A DNA stretch of 64,000 nt, taken from NCBI GenBank assembly GCA_047967505.1, contig CM106538.1; one strand, given 5' to 3'. Below the pieces are notes generated by a model, which did no database searches, was not told the DNA's origin, and saw nothing but the letters and a program-made list of their open reading frames with translations. Position 1 is the stretch's first letter, and every line of letters begins with the position of its first letter. Source of the DNA: Dipteris shenzhenensis (taxonomy: Eukaryota). A program made the position numbers and the translations under genes. Below are positions 60,293-64,000 of this stretch, piece after piece.

Positions 60293-63200
60293 TGTGTGGG
60301 CTCATGTGGCCAATCTCCATTTCATTTATCTTATTTGCTAATATTTGGCCTGCATTTCTTAGTAATAAAAGCAGTACCCGTGATATTTGCATAAGGATCC
60401 AGCTTTGGATTGTTACAGAAATTATATTTATGATATATCTTGCTTTGGACATTATTATTTTTAGTCGAGTGTGACTATGGCAAAGTACTCCATAGGAGCG
60501 CACCGGACGCGACGGGGGTCCTAGTGGATACTTTGTGTGGTTAGTTGGGGATGCCTGACTAGCTTGTGTTTTGCCATGCTAGATGATCGGTATTGTGGGT
60601 GATTCCATATTAATACTGATGTCGCTAGTGTTATTGGTGTTGTGCTTGATTATTGTGCTTTGAGCACGGTTATGTTGGGATCGGTTGATTCGGTGATTCG
60701 TTCAATCGATTGTTAATAACTAATGTAATTGGTGGCTTGAGTACAGGTGATGGAACTCATAGCGAGGATTGGAGTTAGTGCGAGGGTACCGATCGAGGTG
60801 TCGCACAGCGCATTATATATGACCACGGGCCAATTTTGTATTTGTTTTATTATTGCAAGTTTGAGCAATATATTTTGTTATGGACATAATTCATTTTAGG
60901 CCCTAAGATGGCTATGTAAAGCAAATCCCTCATTTTTGGATGAGAGGGATAATTTTGGCTCCTTGGTGCTTTTATGAAATATCATAAATACTCTAGATGA
61001 GGAAGCATGAGCCACTCATCTAGGGGGGGAGATTGTACCCATTCTACTATCGTTTTCATGGTGTGATTGTGTTCTCCTTCTCCAATTGATTAAGTGGTGA
61101 ATTTGTGTGAAAAGAATTACCTTTTGGTTTCAGTGGTATCAGAGCCAGGTTGACGCTCTTGTGGAGAAAGAAAAGAGAATATCCCTCATGTGGAAATCGA
61201 AGAAAAGAGTAAATCTATGGAGTGCAAAGGGATTCAAGGAATTAAGAACGTGTGAAAAGTCGCATGTTAAAAAGGTACACAGTTCATGAGAAAACGAGAA
61301 GTTCTCTGTGGATGTGATAGCTTTACCACCACTTAGAAAGGAGCTAATAGTGAATTATGGGAGCAATAAAGGACGGATCTATCAAGACTTACATCTAAGG
61401 TCACAGACCTTCTATAAGAAAAAGAAATTGTGTGATAAGAGCTCCTGTGAGTGCTCTACCTAGTGGAAAAACGGTACAGCCAGCCATCGCGCGTGCCACC
61501 GCTGCAGATCTACAGTCTCCACTCGGCCTACATCATCATCCACGAAAAAAATCGCCTTGGCTCGCGTGTTTTCTTTCTCTATCTGCACGCTCGACACAGT
61601 CTGGGCCTTGCAGCAGTCATCGCATGCACCGACTCTAGATTTGGAGACCAGAGGATTCTACTACTACTGCTTGGAGTCCCTAGAGTCTCTAGGCACTCGT
61701 CCCATCGAAGCAGTTCGCTACCCGTGTGTAGTACAGCCGTGTTCACCTCGGAGGCTGTCCGAGCCTCTAATCACTTTGGCAGCCCCTTAAGAGACCTTGG
61801 GAATCTCTCTTTTTCTGCGTGACCCCGTCTGCGGGCCTGCAGTCTCCTGCCATGTTTCGACCAGCGTGCCATCTCGGATTTTGAAGCCTCTAGCTCTCTG
61901 ATTTCGCGCGTGATAGCAGCAAATTTCGCCTGCCACCTCTCATCAGACTTGCAATCAAGGGCACCGACCCACAGTCCGTTGCCCGTGCACAGATCTAAGC
62001 AGTCCCCAAACCATCAAGATAGCAGTCTCTGGTCCTCTGACTCGGCGCACAGTGCCACTGTGCATTCAAGCAGTGCATTCAAGTAGCACATCAAAGGAGA
62101 CGTCGATTCCGTGAATCTGCATGGTCTAAAGATACTAAGGTCCATATTTTACTCCCTTTAAAAAAAAAAAAAAGGGGAGAGAGATTTAAAAAAAAGAAAA
62201 GAAAAAGGAGAGCTCTAAAGTTCAGAAAAAGAAGTCTTCTTTTAGGCGATCTGTAACACAAAGTGCAAGGCCACTCCACTGACCAGCAAAGAAGCAAAGC
62301 AAAATCTGAAGAAGCTCGAATCAAGAAGGCAATTGGAACCATGAAATCACCGAGCAATTAATTGGAGATCAGTCGAGCGCATAAACGACTACGAGCGGCA
62401 TCATTGGTCACATATCTCCCACTCTAGTCCTTTCCACTTCCGATCAGAGAGCTAGATAAGTGATTTCTTTTGCTTTATATTTCATACACTTAGTATCTTC
62501 CGCCATCCATTTCTTACCATACACTCGAATTGCACTTTTTCATCCGTTTAATTCTCATACACTTAGTATCTTTATTTTTTTTCTTTGCTCCGCTTTATTT
62601 GTACTTATTGCATTATCATGGCGCATCAACCACAACCACCCATGCTCCAAGAGCAGTTAGATGCACTTTAGGCACAGTTGGCCGATGAGCGTGAGCATAG
62701 GGAGAGATTGGAAAAGAAAATCAATGGTAAGAAAAGGAAGAGACATTCATCTGACGATGAGTCATCCGACAATGATTCTGACGATGATACTATTATCAGG
62801 ACAATCAAAGCCACACTGAGAGCACAAAATTCAAGGAAGAAGAGTAAGATAAGTAGAAAAGCTTTCTCATTTCAAAATTTTGATGGAAAGAAAGAAGAAT
62901 GCACTATCTTGTCTTGGATCAGTCAGCTAGATGATTATTTTTCGGGGGAGAAATTCTCTGAAAAAGATAAGATTAAATGTGCTGCAAATCATTTAGTAGA
63001 GAGTGTTGCACTTTGGTGGAACATCACTAAGGACAGTAAAAGGCGACCAAAATCTTGGAAGTCTTTTCAAAAAGAGAGATTTCCTTCCCTCACATTTCAA
63101 AGCAAAAGCTAGACAACAATGGGATACTTTCAGGCAATTCGATAAGGAAACGATCCCCACATATACTGATACATTTTGGCAAACGTTGATCCAATTACAA

Positions 63201-64000
63201 TCCTTGGAGAAAGTTAATGAGCGAGATCAACGCAGGAAGTATGTGGCAGGTCTAAAGTCTAAGTTGAGAGCTGAGATTAACATGTTTCATCCTCGCTCAC
63301 TGAGCTCAGCAATTTCTCTTGCAATGAATTGTGAAAGGAAGAATGGGATCCCAAAAGAAGGAAGAGATCCGGAACGGCATGTACCCTTTAATAAGAAAAA
63401 GAGATTTGATAAAAAGCCCTTCTTTAAATCTAAAAATGGTTTTGTTCCACAGAAGATAGATTCTTCTTCGAAGCTAAACGGTGGGACTTTTCCAAAGAAA
63501 GAAATAAGGTGTTTCAAATGCAACAAGCTGGGACACATAGCCACTGAGTGTCCTGAAAGAAAGAAGACCCCGACAGTGAAAGTGCACATGATTGATGATG
63601 AAGCAGCCAAGCAAGAGGGAGGTAAGTATAATTGTCATGCTCTTCTAAAGATGAAAGGTTTCATTAATGGCAAAGAGGTTGTTATCTTACCGGTTAACAC
63701 TCCACCTTGCAAAGCTCCTTATAGAGTCAACCAGCTAGAGCAAAAAGAAATACAAAAGCAAGTGGAGGAACTGATAGAGAGAGGATTGATAAGACCCAGC
63801 AGTTCTCCTTATGGAGCACCTGTCTTATTAGTAAAAAAGAAAAATAAAACCTATCGAATGTGCATAGACTATCGTACACTAAACAAAATCACAGTGAAGA
63901 ACAAATATCCAATCCCTAGGATTGATGATCTTTTGGACAAATTGAAAGGGGCTAAGGTCTTCAGTAAGATAGATCTCAAATCCGGCTATCATCAAGTTTG
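60293..64000 (+). mobile_element. Ty3/Gypsy (chromovirus-like) element: probable 5' LTR (~60293-61132), PBS, gag, truncated PR, RT; runs off the right edge
   Basis: PBS TGGTATCAGAGC at 61134. Gag 'FQNFDGKKEE..SWISQLDDYF..ALWW' with knuckle [14 protein letters not shown] at 63510-63551. RT '[65 protein letters not shown]'. LTR start is uncertain. Confidence 0.88.

Overview
Eukaryotic land-plant genomic DNA, very rich in transposons and (GA/TC)n microsatellites. The long TE-filled introns and RTEX-like LINEs suggest a fern or other non-seed plant, but that is an inference. One intact host gene is present: an 11-exon LysM receptor-like kinase of the AtLYK3 clade on the minus strand (CDS 53060->25118, about 658 aa). 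All exons were reconstructed by hand with GT-AG junctions and consistent phases, and intron 6 is 16.6 kb. Most of the rest is nested retroelements: L1-type LINEs, many RTE/RTEX-like LINE pieces, Copia and Gypsy fragments, and a Helitron end. The most notable observations are three. (1) An RTEX-like family and ORF1-only partners share a covarying 3'-terminal stem-loop followed by (TC)n, and they are stacked head-to-tail inside each other's (TC)n tails within the kinase introns. (2) A very young gag-only Copia element (identical 257-bp LTRs, GATGC TSD) carries a 14x GCCACGTCA array, and its gag/RNaseH junction looks like a splice junction. (3) An array of ~67-bp palindromes is separated by microsatellite spacers.
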